Source: Phycisphaerae bacterium
GTDB taxonomy: Bacteria > Planctomycetota > Phycisphaerae > UBA1845 > Fen-1342
DNA: 64,000 nucleotides
Direction: 5' to 3'
Assembly (NCBI GenBank): GCA_050115495.1
Contig: JASFQK010000008.1
Coordinates: forward strand, 64,001-128,000
Made by a program: the position numbers and the translations under genes. This document shows positions 17,961 through 27,700 of this stretch, piece after piece. The notes beneath the pieces were generated by a model. It had not been told where the DNA came from. It ran no database searches and worked only from the letters and a program-made list of their open reading frames with translations. Numbering within the stretch: position 1 is the first letter of the stretch; the number at the start of each line of letters is the position of its first letter.

Positions 17961-18722
17961 TCATGGCCGGGGCTCGGTGCTGCTGAGACGCAGGCGGAGG
18001 AGGAGGTCGTTGAGGGCGGGGGCGGCGGTGGGGTCGGGTGGTAGGGGGCTGGTGGCGGAGGCGGCTTCGAGGGTGGCGGTCAGGCGGCGGTATTCGTGCT
18101 CGTGGAAGGCGAGATCGGTGTCGGCCAGGGGGTCGTGCTCGCCGCCGGCGGTCTTGCGGGCGATGAGGTCGTCGACGTGCGGGAGGCGGTGGGCCTCGTT
18201 CAGACGGGGGAGGTTCGCCTCGATCTCGCCGGTACGCATTAGGTGCAGGCCGGCCAGCAGCACGCGGTACGTGTAGAGCAGCGGCTTGAGGCGGCGGTGC
18301 TGCTCGACGAGCCGCCACTGCGTGCGGGCGAAGCCGAGGTAATGCAGCGCGTGCTGCTTCGTGACGCAGCCGCGGGCGATGGCCTTCAACTCGTCGTGGA
18401 CGGGCGTCGTGTGCAACACGAGCGGCGAGTAGAGCTGCTCGAGCACGTACCCGTTCGGGCGGAGCAGCAGGCGGAAGAACTTGCGGACGTCGTGCGTGAC
18501 GAGGTCGAGATCGACGCCGGCGGGGCCCGTGGTGCACTCGATCGTCTCGGGCGGCGGCGTTAGACCGATAACTTCGCGGAGCGGCAGCACGTGGACGCCG
18601 CGAAGGTCGTAGTCGGAGTCCGCCGACGGGAAGCCGTAAAGGTGGGCGCCGCTGATGGTGACGAAGAGGAGCGGGTAGGGCTGGGCGGCGATCACGCTTT
18701 GAAGTTGTGGCGGGGCCGGCAT
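17961..18722 (-). CDS. Pol-beta superfamily nucleotidyltransferase (YcgL/RlaP-like, Nuc-transf)
   Basis: ISGAHLYGFPSADSDYDLRGVH, HDVRKFFRLLLRPNGYVLEQLYSP, KPLLYTYRVLL. Confidence 0.88.
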   Translation of the reverse strand: MPAPPQLQSVIAAQPYPLLFVTISGAHLYGFPSADSDYDLRGVHVLPLREVIGLTPPPETIECTTGPAGVDLDLVTHDVRKFFRLLLRPNGYVLEQLYSPLVLHTTPVHDELKAIARGCVTKQHALHYLGFARTQWRLVEQHRRLKPLLYTYRVLLAGLHLMRTGEIEANLPRLNEAHRLPHVDDLIARKTAGGEHDPLADTDLAFHEHEYRRLTATLEAASATSPLPPDPTAAPALNDLLLRLRLSSTEPRP

Positions 18723-18759
18723 GTGGATGAGTCCTTGGGGGCGTTTCGCTCGATCACGC

Positions 18760-18890
18760 TGGCGTTTCTCGGCGTTCGGTCGTGCGGCGGGTGGAACCCG
18801 GCCTACGCGGCTCGATTGTCAGTTCGCGCTCACATCCCGTTCATGGCGTTTCTCGGCGTTCGATTGTGCGGCGGGTGAAACCCGCCCTAC
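18760..18890. repeat. Tandem REP-containing units
   Basis: TGGCGTTTCTCGGCGTTCG..GTGCGGCGGGTG(G/A)AACCCG(G/C)CCTAC repeated at ~84-bp spacing. Confidence 0.75.
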
Positions 18891-18973
18891 CCGGTTGTGG
18901 TTGCCGGCTGTGTGCGGCGCCTTCGGCTCGGAGGCAGTCCGCTTCTTCAACCGCGTGATCGGTCGCGCTTGCG

Positions 18974-19750
18974 TTAGTCAAGGTCGCTGGCGATATTCGA
19001 GACCAATCGGCACTTCTCGCAGCGGAAGTCATAGCGGTCGAGCCACTGCTCGTCGAGCTTCCAGGCTCCGCCGCAGTCCGGACAGCGACGCTGAAGCTCG
19101 GCCCGGCGGCTGCGCCCGTAGTAACGCATCAGGTCGTAATACGTCGGCACGCCGGTGTTGGCTTCGATTAGTCGGCAGACGTCGCGGCCCTCCTCCGCCA
19201 GTTCGCTGTGCGGTTCCGACAACTGTCGATAGGCCAACCGTTCCCCGGCGCCGCTGGCGATCCAGATTGAGTCGAGGTCGCGGTAGTGGTAGGCCCAGAA
19301 TCGCAGGTCCTCGAAGTTGCCGTACTCGCTCGTCGGCGGGATGCGGTACAGCGGCACGACGCCGCCGCATCCGCCGCAACGCAGCGGCGTCTCGCACGAG
19401 AGGAAGTCCGTGGAGAGGATCAGCGCCGGCGGCTTGCGGCAGGTGCAGACCGGGTCCGACTCGGGGTCAGGGCCGAGCACGCGTGTCGAACGCCATTCGA
19501 CGCCGGCTTTGCGCAGAGCGCGTATGGCATCGCGAACCCGCTTGCTGCGATGTTTGGGGTGCAGCGAGTCGGCGTCCGGCAACGACACGTACCAGCGCCA
19601 GCCGCCGCGGATCTCCACAACGGGGGCGTCCTGCTCGATCAACTGCCCGTTTCGCCGGAGTGAGAACAACAACTCGTCGATCGCCCAGCGCACCTCTTCC
19701 GGGTCCGCCTTTCGTTTCTGCCAGGTGAAGGTCAGTTCCGCCGTGTGCAT
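18974..19750 (-). CDS. Zn-ribbon protein (DUF2310-like)
   Basis: LRRNGQL, CTC, PLRCGGC, QLSEPHSELAEEG, PTYYDL, CPDCG, FRCEKCRLVS; GGAGG RBS. Confidence 0.85.
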   Translation of the reverse strand: MHTAELTFTWQKRKADPEEVRWAIDELLFSLRRNGQLIEQDAPVVEIRGGWRWYVSLPDADSLHPKHRSKRVRDAIRALRKAGVEWRSTRVLGPDPESDPVCTCRKPPALILSTDFLSCETPLRCGGCGGVVPLYRIPPTSEYGNFEDLRFWAYHYRDLDSIWIASGAGERLAYRQLSEPHSELAEEGRDVCRLIEANTGVPTYYDLMRYYGRSRRAELQRRCPDCGGAWKLDEQWLDRYDFRCEKCRLVSNIASDLD

Positions 19751-19809
19751 GCTGGGCCTCCCTGGGCGACCGCGGCCCTGTTTCCGCAGGGTCCGTCGAA
19801 TCGCCGGTG

Positions 19810-20781
19810 CTACATATTGTCGTTTCCGAACGTCCGCTGGAACAGGGCCGGGACGATTTCGCCGGCGGTGCCGCGCAACCACACGTCACCGCCACCGGGT
19901 TCGTCCGGATCGATCACGATCAGCTTGGCGCCGGCGGCGCGGGCCCTGGCGGGCAACATGGCCGCGGGCAGGACGACGCCGGACGTGCCGATGATCAGCA
20001 TCACGTCGCAGCGCCGGCTGTCGGACAGGGCTTGGCTCCAGTCCGGCTCGGTCAGCGGCTCGCCGAAAAGCACGGCGCTCGGACGCACCAACCCGCGCCA
20101 GGAGAGACCGGCCAGCGGGCGGATCGCCAGGGCCACACGCAGCAGCGCCATCCAGCTCAGCTCGGCGGCCTCCAGGCGGCGGACGATCCTGGCCAGACCG
20201 GCCCGGGTTAGCAGCCGCACGAAACGCTTGCGCAGCGTAACGACCCGCAGCAGCGAGCCGTGGATCTCGCGGACGGTGGTGCTCCCGGCTTCCTGATGCA
20301 GGCCGTCGACGTTCTGCGTGACCACGGTCACGTTGACGTGCTTCTCGGCGTGGGCGATGGCCTGGTGGGCGGCGTTGGGCTTCGCCTGCGCCAGCGGCCG
20401 CAGCAGCCGGGCCAGGAAGTGGGCGAGTCGCCGCGGACGCCACAGGGCCGTTCGCACCAACCCGGTCCACGTCGCGAACTCGTCGGGCGAGAACTCTGTC
20501 CAGAGTCCGCCGGCAGTGCGGAAGGTGTCGATGCCGCATTCGGCGGAGACGCCCGCGCCGGTGAAGACGACCAGACGCTCGGCGGAGCGCAGGTAGTCGG
20601 CGGCGAGATCCAGATTGTCGCCGGCTGGCGTTATGTCTCGCGTACACTCGTTGGCTGGCGTGATATGGCACGCTCTCCGGTCGCGGTCACGTGATGCAAC
20701 TCCGCCGGGCTTTGATGAGGAAGGCGTTGACGCGGGTGTAGTCGGGGCGGTCCGGTAATGTTGTTCGTTCGTACGCCGCAT
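19810..20781 (-). CDS. Sir2/CobB-family NAD-dependent deacylase (true start uncertain)
   Basis: VFTGAGVSAECGIDTFR, PNAAH, TQNVDGLHQEAG, EIHGS, RPSAVLFGE, IGTSGVVLPAA; the Zn-finger cysteines are absent. Confidence 0.9.
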   Translation of the reverse strand: MRRTNEQHYRTAPTTPASTPSSSKPGGVASRDRDRRACHITPANECTRDITPAGDNLDLAADYLRSAERLVVFTGAGVSAECGIDTFRTAGGLWTEFSPDEFATWTGLVRTALWRPRRLAHFLARLLRPLAQAKPNAAHQAIAHAEKHVNVTVVTQNVDGLHQEAGSTTVREIHGSLLRVVTLRKRFVRLLTRAGLARIVRRLEAAELSWMALLRVALAIRPLAGLSWRGLVRPSAVLFGEPLTEPDWSQALSDSRRCDVMLIIGTSGVVLPAAMLPARARAAGAKLIVIDPDEPGGGDVWLRGTAGEIVPALFQRTFGNDNM

Positions 20782-21625
20782 CGAATCGACGATGTAGCTC
20801 CAGCCGCCAGGCGTCGACGTCGGGCCAGGGGACCTCGCCGCGGCGGATGGCCAGCAGGCGGTCGCGATGCTCGTCGACGGCCACGGGGACCGTCGCTTCG
20901 CGCAGGGCGACGATTCCCGCCAGCAGCAGCCGGATCAGGTGCATGGCGTGCTTCCATTTGATGTCGCGCTGGCTGTTGAGGCGGGCGGAGAGCTTGCGGA
21001 ACTGGCTGAGCACGTAGCCGCCGTAGGTCTGGTAGATGAGCTTCGAGAGGAACGCGGTGCGCAAGTCGAGCAGTTCGCGGGCCAGCGGCGTGGCATGCTC
21101 GACGAGCGGCGTGTAGAGGCACTCGAGGACGTTCGGGTTGGCCTTCAGGGCGAGCGTGAGGAACTTCTGCAATTCCCAGTAGCACTCCTGCGACTGGGCG
21201 TTTTCGAGCTGCTCCGGTACGCCGTAGAGCGACCAGTGCATCTCCGCCGGCGGGAGGTAGACGCCGCGGCGGTCGACGTCGGAGCCTTCGTGGTCGAGGC
21301 CATACGCCCGCGAGCCGACCACGCAGCGGTAGATGACGCAGTCGAGCAGGTCGTAGTCGTCGAGGACGTTGGCGGCGGACCAGATCTGTTCGCGCAATAA
21401 CTGCTTGAGGACGGCGAACTGGTTGCGGCGCAGGGTGGCCTCGCTGCCGTCGGCGAAGCGGACGCGGTAGGAGTGCGTGTGGTCCGCCGGCGACTTGACG
21501 ATGAGGCCGACCGCGCCGGGCGGATGCTGCACGTCGCTGCCGGCGGCCTGGACGCCGATGCGGCTGACGACCTGCGTCCCGGGCGGGACGATGGCGTTCG
21601 GGTCGTAAGCGATCCTGCGGGGCAA
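20687..21625 (-). CDS. Second YcgL/RlaP-like nucleotidyltransferase with an N-terminal SH3-like extension
   Basis: VVGSRAYGLDHEGSDVDRRGVY, WELQKFLTLALKANPNVLECL, WKHAMHLIRLL, LPDRPDY. Confidence 0.9.
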   Translation of the reverse strand: MPRRIAYDPNAIVPPGTQVVSRIGVQAAGSDVQHPPGAVGLIVKSPADHTHSYRVRFADGSEATLRRNQFAVLKQLLREQIWSAANVLDDYDLLDCVIYRCVVGSRAYGLDHEGSDVDRRGVYLPPAEMHWSLYGVPEQLENAQSQECYWELQKFLTLALKANPNVLECLYTPLVEHATPLARELLDLRTAFLSKLIYQTYGGYVLSQFRKLSARLNSQRDIKWKHAMHLIRLLLAGIVALREATVPVAVDEHRDRLLAIRRGEVPWPDVDAWRLELHRRFDAAYERTTLPDRPDYTRVNAFLIKARRSCIT

Positions 21626-21711
21626 GGGGGTACTCCTGTCTGTGCGGGTGGTGCGCTATTGTCGTCCGCGGCGGGGCGGAGGCAACGGGGGCTCCCTCGA
21701 CGACGCTGGTG

Positions 21712-22377
21712 TCATCGCCTCAACCTCGCCCCCCAGTCCTGGAGCTCGCGTTGCATGTTTGTTCGGGCGGCCGCTTCGTACTTCTCCCGGAATCGGGCCG
21801 TGTGGAAGATGTGGTCCTTGGCGAGCATGCTGCGCAGGAACGCCTGGCGGTGTGGTCCGAGTTCCTGGTCGGGGAGGCCGACCTCGCGGCGGATCGCGTC
21901 GGCGTAGCGGTCGTAGACCGCCGGCTCGCGACCCAGGATGCTGAGGTCGATGTCGCAGATGATTCGCTCGCGGTCGTCGTGTAGCGGACGGCGGTGGTCC
22001 GTGGCCAGAATCAGATGCACGACGCCGGTTACGAACTCGGGAGCGGCCCCGAGCGACGTCAGCGCGGTGCGAGCCAGCTCGGCGCTGCGCTCTTCGCTGT
22101 CCTTGGCGCCGATCGCGTACACCGCATCGTGGAAGAGAATGGCCGCCTCGATGTCCAGTGGCTCTTCGAGGGCTGTGTCGCGGCGCAGGATGTCGAGGCA
22201 ATCCTCAACGTGCGCCAGATTGTGGTAGGCGCGCCAAGGCTCGGTGTGCCGGCGGTACAGCTCTTCGCAGACCGCCTCGGTGTCGCCGGTCAGGTCGAGC
22301 CCTTCGCAGATGCGAGCCCAGTGCCGGCGCAGTCGCTCTCGCTGATTCGCAGGTTGGTCCGAGCTGTCTGCGGGCAT
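21712..22377 (-). CDS. HD-superfamily metal-dependent phosphohydrolase (COG4339-like)
   Basis: EPWRAYHNLAHV, AILFHDAVY, SEERSAELA, LILATDH, DIDLSILG, IRRE. Confidence 0.88.
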   Translation of the reverse strand: MPADSSDQPANQRERLRRHWARICEGLDLTGDTEAVCEELYRRHTEPWRAYHNLAHVEDCLDILRRDTALEEPLDIEAAILFHDAVYAIGAKDSEERSAELARTALTSLGAAPEFVTGVVHLILATDHRRPLHDDRERIICDIDLSILGREPAVYDRYADAIRREVGLPDQELGPHRQAFLRSMLAKDHIFHTARFREKYEAAARTNMQRELQDWGARLRR

Positions 22378-22497
22378 CGCTTGGACTCCGTCGCATCGCA
22401 ATGAGGTGCACGGCCGTTCGCGCCAGATCCGGCCGCTACGTCAACTGCCGGCCCGCCTGAGCCACGTCAAGCCGGCGACCGAGCATACCGCTCCGCG

Positions 22498-23496
22498 CTA
22501 GTCGCCGGCGTCATCGTCGGCGGGCTGTGTCGTGGGCGGTGCGATCGTCACGGTGAAGCTCTTCACCATGGCCTGCACGTCCGGCCAGATCGCATCCTCC
22601 AATTCCGGGGCCATCGCAGTGAAGATCGCGAAGCACATGCCGTGCTTCAGGAAGACCCACTGCCGCAGGATCACGTGCGTCTCCGGATGTTGCCCTTCCC
22701 AGAACAGCGCGTCCGCGCCGTCCACCTGGACCGTCGTCATGGCGTCGACCGTGCACTGCGGATCGAGCATGTGCGCCCAGGAGAGGGCCCATTCGCGGCG
22801 AACACGCTCGAAGAGCGCCGCCTCATCCTCGCCCGGCTCGGCCGAATACTCGCCGAGCATATAGACGTCCATGCCGACCGGAGCCTGCGGTGGAACGAAC
22901 TTGATCCAGTGGCCATAGTTCTCCACCTCCCACCCGTCGGCCACCTCCAGAAAGAACGGAAGCGGCAGCGACGGCTCGACGAACATGAAGCCGAGACGCG
23001 CGTCCTTGTAGTACCAATGCGTGTAGGTCTGACGAGCCACGGCGTTGAAGTACTCCGTCCAGGTGGGCTGGTAGAACTCGGGGAAGTTCGTCCACATCTC
23101 GGTTTCGGCCACTTCTTCGGTCTCGCACGATACCGGTACATCGTGCACGGCGAGCCAGAAGCTCACCATCGCGTCGAACGACCCCATCATCATGGGGGAC
23201 CGGCGGCGGGAACTCAGGAAGCGGGCCCGCCGGTCGGGATCGTCGAGCCACGCGCTGGTGGGCGTCGCGTCTTCCGTGGACGAGGTGGGAGCGGACGTGG
23301 TGGTGGGGCTGGCGCTGGGGGCATTGTCGGTTGCAGGCGGCGCTGGTGTCTCGGCAGCGGCCGAAGCCGTCGCTTGTTGCTGGCTGGATGCGCCGGGCGC
23401 AGGCTTCGGTGGGGAATTGGAGTCGCATGCGGTGCACGTGATCAGCGCGAGCAGGGCAGCCGCCAGGACGACGTGGGCGATACGCGCGGTGCTCAT
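22498..23496 (-). CDS. Hypothetical lipoprotein
   Basis: GAGGAGG RBS, lipobox TCTAC, Pro/Thr/Ala linker. Confidence 0.7.
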   Translation of the reverse strand: MSTARIAHVVLAAALLALITCTACDSNSPPKPAPGASSQQQATASAAAETPAPPATDNAPSASPTTTSAPTSSTEDATPTSAWLDDPDRRARFLSSRRRSPMMMGSFDAMVSFWLAVHDVPVSCETEEVAETEMWTNFPEFYQPTWTEYFNAVARQTYTHWYYKDARLGFMFVEPSLPLPFFLEVADGWEVENYGHWIKFVPPQAPVGMDVYMLGEYSAEPGEDEAALFERVRREWALSWAHMLDPQCTVDAMTTVQVDGADALFWEGQHPETHVILRQWVFLKHGMCFAIFTAMAPELEDAIWPDVQAMVKSFTVTIAPPTTQPADDDAGD

Positions 23497-23695
23497 TGAT
23501 GCCTCCTCAGTCGGATTGTTGTGGCCTTTCGACAATAGAAGCCGCCGACAAACGGGCTTCTTCCTCGCCGGGGGCCGCCCCCCCGAGTGTGCACATAGTA
23601 TACACGGACCGGTCTGTCGTTCGGTTGGCCCGCGTGCCAGATTCCGCCTGCGTCCGCGTGGGTGACCTGTGCGGGCTTACCGATCGACGAGCTCG

Positions 23696-24547
23696 CTACT
23701 CTTCGACATTCGCTCCCCAGCCGTCGTACTCGCCGCCGTGATCACGGGCGAGGTGGAACAGGCGGATCGTTACCTCAGTGATCTTGTCGGGCTCGACCGA
23801 GTCCACGCGGGTGACGTGCAGGGTCCAGCGTGACTCTTCATCGGACGGCGGCGTTCGGTCGACGACGCGAAAGCCGTCCGCGACGAGGATCTCAGCGACG
23901 CGGTCCAGGCCGTCGCGGCTCTCAAAGTAGAGCCAGTGGTCGACCTCCCGCGGCTTGGTGAGATCGTCACCGTGCGCGCGCAGTCGTGCCAGGACTCTCT
24001 CGTCCTTGATGCGCTGCCAATCATCGTTCGTCGGGTGCAGTGTTCTGCGGTAGACCTCCCAGTCGGGATCTTCACGCAGGTCCAGGCGTGGCCGACGCGA
24101 CGCCAGGTTGGACGTCAACTTACGCAGCAATTCCTGCGTGTGCTCCGGCTGCTCCGTATATATGTAGAGCACGTAGCTCTGCCCATTCACCTGCCGTCCG
24201 GCGTAGCGCTCTGTGTGCGCGTCGAGGCCCTTGTCCAGCGAGTCTTCCAACGCGTAAACGTCCTCGAAATCGTCTGCGCTCGGGAACCCGTTCTCTCGCC
24301 AGGCGCGGGCATCCAGCCGCAGGGTGATTAAGTGCCGGAGATGACCGCCGGCAGAAGGCATTGCTCCCGCGTCGACGTGGATTACCGTGGCTGCATCATC
24401 GGACGCCCGCATGAATGTGACCCAGTCAGCGCTTGGCATTCCTGCCCGTGCCGGCGGCGCTGGCCGCCGCCGGTTCAACTGCCACACGACTAACGCTGCG
24501 GCGACGACGACCGCGAGCGCCAGCATCGCCGGGATTGCCGTCTTCAC
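23696..24547 (-). CDS. DUF695 / RraB-like domain protein
   Basis: N-terminal TM; DPDWEVY; HGDDLTKPREVDHWLYF ... GGEYDGWG. Confidence 0.8.
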   Translation of the reverse strand: MKTAIPAMLALAVVVAAALVVWQLNRRRPAPPARAGMPSADWVTFMRASDDAATVIHVDAGAMPSAGGHLRHLITLRLDARAWRENGFPSADDFEDVYALEDSLDKGLDAHTERYAGRQVNGQSYVLYIYTEQPEHTQELLRKLTSNLASRRPRLDLREDPDWEVYRRTLHPTNDDWQRIKDERVLARLRAHGDDLTKPREVDHWLYFESRDGLDRVAEILVADGFRVVDRTPPSDEESRWTLHVTRVDSVEPDKITEVTIRLFHLARDHGGEYDGWGANVEE

Positions 24548-24656
24548 TTGAGTTCCTCCGCTTGGCGGGCGGATGCCCTTGTCGTTGGGGGCTGCCCCGA
24601 GTGCGTGCAGTATACACGAACGGGGCGACGTCCGGCCGGCTCATGGTTCGGGACTC

Positions 24657-26483
24657 CTACCTCATCCGGAAGATGGGCCCCTTGGGTACGAAGGGCAGGC
24701 TGCGGCCTTCGGGAAGCAGGAAGGCGTGCGGACGCCGGGTGCGGAGGCGGTCGCACCAGCCGTCGGTGATGATCAGGATGGGACCGGCGCGGGGGAAGTC
24801 CTCCGCCTTCTCCAGCAACGTGATGCCCGGTTGCAGGATGGTTCCGCCGCGACCACGCACTTTCACGCGGTCGGCGATCGCATCGGGCGGTAGGTAGCCC
24901 TGGTCGTAGGCGGCGGCATCGCAGAAAACGACACGGACCGTGGGCACATCGCGGCTGACGGCGTACGAGGCGACCGCGCCGAGGGCCTTGCCGAGCAGCT
25001 TGTGGTCCATGGAGTCCGAGGTGTCGATGATCACGCCGAATGTGCGACCGTCCTCGGCACCCTCGATCGGACACCAGCTCGGCCGCGGGATGTCCGGCGT
25101 GGCGGACTGCCGGCGGCTGGGTCGGGCGTACGTGCGGCGTTTCTCCAGCGGGGAGAAGTAGCCGTCGAACCATCGGGCCAGCTCCACCTCCCAGGGAATG
25201 GCTGGCTGCTGGAGTGCGCGGATCTCTTCCACGAGGCCCGCTGGCAGGAAGCCGCGGTTCTCCTGCTCGTGATAGACGAGGCCCTGCGCGAGGCAGTTTC
25301 GGCAGAAGTCGTCGAGAGACATGCCGGTACCCGTTGTTCGCCAGTCCGGAGCACGCGGTTCGATGATGTCGCATTGCTCGATGCCGGCGAGTGTGGCGAG
25401 CTTGCGGTAGCGCCGCAGGTCCGTGACGATCCGATCGTAGACCGCCTCCGCCGACAGGCCCTTCAGTTCGGCGTCGTGGAGCCCGCCGAAGGTCGGGATG
25501 TCGCCGATCTGCATCTCGATGAGCCAGCCGTTGATGACGTAATCGCAGGCGACGTTCCAGAGATACGGTTCGCGGCCGAGGCGTCGCGCACCATGCTGCA
25601 GCCCGACGTGAAGCAGTTCGTGGGCGAGCACGAAGCGCGCCTCCTCCAGCGAAAGGGCCGCCGCCGGATTGATGAGGATTTCGGTATTCTCGATATCGAC
25701 GGCGGCCACGGAGATGCGGAGGCGCTGGCAGATCTTGGGGTCCTCAGTGATTTCGAACGCTTCGGCGAGGGCCCCGAGCAGCGGGTAGCTGCTGATGAAC
25801 CAACTGCGAGCCAGTTGGGCGTTGGTTTGGGTTTGCTTCTGACCGCTCAGACTGTCGAGGCTGCCGGCGGCGACCTGGACCGCCTGGCGGACGGCCTCGG
25901 CGATGCCATCCCTGAGGCAGTCGGGCCAGGGGCGGGGCTGTGCGATCCAGGGGCGGTAGACGCGGTGGCACTTGCGCTCGATGACCATGTCGTTCGTGTT
26001 GCCGGCGGTCCCGAAGTGGCTGAACTCGGGCGGGATGCCCGCGGTGTCGAAGAGCCGATACAGCTCGTGTTCGTCGCGGGCCGGCAGGTCGAGTCGGCCG
26101 CGCATCTCCTCGGGAACTCGGCCGAGCTTCAGGTCGCTCAGGAAGCGGGCGACCACGCAGTCGCAGGCGGTGTTCCAGGCCCGCTGGTTCTCATGCGTCT
26201 GGAAGTGTTCGAGGCCGAGGTGAAGCAGGCAGTGTGCCAGGACGTACGTCCACTCCTCGGGCGTCGCCCGCCGCGTGGGATGAACGTGGATTGCGCCGTT
26301 GGAGGTGACCTGTGCCCAGCCGTCCGCGGGACAGCGCGAATGCTGTTTGCGGTGTACGTCGGCGCGCATCCAGAGCGGGGTGAACATCGGATGTTGCCTG
26401 ATGGCCGCGGCGGCCTGCTCGAAGTTGCGCGTCGCCGGATCGAGCCTGTCTTGCTGTGATTTGCGTCTACTTCGACGTGCCAT
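24657..26483 (-). CDS. DUF2201-type metallopeptidase + VWA-like domain protein
   Basis: VLAHCLLH...WNTACD and VLAHELLH...WNVACDYVIN (duplicated), RPSRR, IDTSDSM, RGRGGT, IITDG. Confidence 0.85.
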   Translation of the reverse strand: MARRSRRKSQQDRLDPATRNFEQAAAAIRQHPMFTPLWMRADVHRKQHSRCPADGWAQVTSNGAIHVHPTRRATPEEWTYVLAHCLLHLGLEHFQTHENQRAWNTACDCVVARFLSDLKLGRVPEEMRGRLDLPARDEHELYRLFDTAGIPPEFSHFGTAGNTNDMVIERKCHRVYRPWIAQPRPWPDCLRDGIAEAVRQAVQVAAGSLDSLSGQKQTQTNAQLARSWFISSYPLLGALAEAFEITEDPKICQRLRISVAAVDIENTEILINPAAALSLEEARFVLAHELLHVGLQHGARRLGREPYLWNVACDYVINGWLIEMQIGDIPTFGGLHDAELKGLSAEAVYDRIVTDLRRYRKLATLAGIEQCDIIEPRAPDWRTTGTGMSLDDFCRNCLAQGLVYHEQENRGFLPAGLVEEIRALQQPAIPWEVELARWFDGYFSPLEKRRTYARPSRRQSATPDIPRPSWCPIEGAEDGRTFGVIIDTSDSMDHKLLGKALGAVASYAVSRDVPTVRVVFCDAAAYDQGYLPPDAIADRVKVRGRGGTILQPGITLLEKAEDFPRAGPILIITDGWCDRLRTRRPHAFLLPEGRSLPFVPKGPIFRMR

Positions 26484-27537
26484 CACCCCGCTCCGCCAAA
26501 CGAGGCAGGTCGCGGACGATCTCGACCATGAGCCAGCCGGGGAGGCCGGCGTCCGTGTCGGATTTCGCCACGACCATCTGCGCAATCTCCAGGCTGATCG
26601 ACGCCAGGTCTTTCATCAGGGCCTTGGCCCGGTGGGCGAGTTGCCGCTGCTGACCGGTGACGGCCGCCGTCTCGGCCGGGAGTTCCTTGATCAACTGGGC
26701 CCGGAACGACTGGGCGAGGAAGTACAAGACGTCGCGGTCGCCGGCGTCGTGCGGCCAGCCGACGTCGCCCTTGAGAATGGCGGCGAGCTGGTAGCGGCTG
26801 CGGATCTGCTTCACGAACGCCTTGAACTGCCCAGCGTGGTGTGGCGAGAGGCAGCCGAAGGCCAGCACTTCGAGCTGTCGATCGCCGAGCCGGTCGCCGT
26901 ACTCCCTCATGGCGTCGCTGAGGATGTGCCAAGCTCGGGGCGAGGAAAAGGGCTCTTCATGCTTGGGCGGTTGGCTCCACAGGTGGTCGGGTCGGTTCTG
27001 GATGTACTCGACGATCGTCTGGTGCACCTCGTTTTGATAGGCCCAGTCGAGCCAGTCGCGGTGCGACACGGTGAGGTGCACGTGCACCATGCGATTCAGG
27101 AGGGCCGACGACATGGGTTTGACGATGGCGCTGTCCTGCGATCGGTTGCCCGCTCCGATGACGATCGAACCTTGTGGAAGCTCGAAGTCGCCCACGCGCC
27201 GGTCCTGAATGAGGCTATAGAACGACTTCTGCACTTCGTGCGTGCAGGCGTTCAACTCGTCCAGGAACAGGCAGTACGGCTCTTCCCGGGCGATCATGCT
27301 GGGCGGGCAGAACCGGCTCTTGCCGTCCGTGATCTGGGGCACGCCGATGATGTCCTCCGGGGCCAATTGGCTGCCGAGGAGGGAGACGCAGGGCATGCCG
27401 AGGTGGGCCGCGAACTGCTGCACGATCGACGATTTGCCGATGCCGGGCGCGCCCCAGATGAAGACGGGGCGCACGATCGCAACGTTTAACAGGAAATCAG
27501 AGAGCTCTTTCTGCGTAACCGTTCTTGCCGGATTCAT
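26467..27537 (-). CDS. MoxR/dynein-related AAA+ ATPase
   Basis: GAPGIGKS (Walker A), LFLDELN (Walker B), GAGN, MSSALLNR, SPRAW; overlaps the VWA partner. Confidence 0.92.
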   Translation of the reverse strand: MNPARTVTQKELSDFLLNVAIVRPVFIWGAPGIGKSSIVQQFAAHLGMPCVSLLGSQLAPEDIIGVPQITDGKSRFCPPSMIAREEPYCLFLDELNACTHEVQKSFYSLIQDRRVGDFELPQGSIVIGAGNRSQDSAIVKPMSSALLNRMVHVHLTVSHRDWLDWAYQNEVHQTIVEYIQNRPDHLWSQPPKHEEPFSSPRAWHILSDAMREYGDRLGDRQLEVLAFGCLSPHHAGQFKAFVKQIRSRYQLAAILKGDVGWPHDAGDRDVLYFLAQSFRAQLIKELPAETAAVTGQQRQLAHRAKALMKDLASISLEIAQMVVAKSDTDAGLPGWLMVEIVRDLPRLAERGDGTSK

Positions 27538-27700
27538 TCAATACTCGCGCGGTGGTCGTGACGTATTCCGGGTACCCCCATCTGTGTTGACGGGCTGGCG
27601 TGCTTCGATGATGTGGTCTGCTGTCGGGGTGCGTGCAGTATAGCAGAACGAGTTGGCGTTTCCACCGGTCTGTCTCGGAATTCACCGGGCGTGGAAGGCC

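Noticed and set aside
17810..18890. Repeats as a CRISPR array
   Set aside because: Only 2-3 degenerate units with related spacers, and no cas genes; they are REP-derived.
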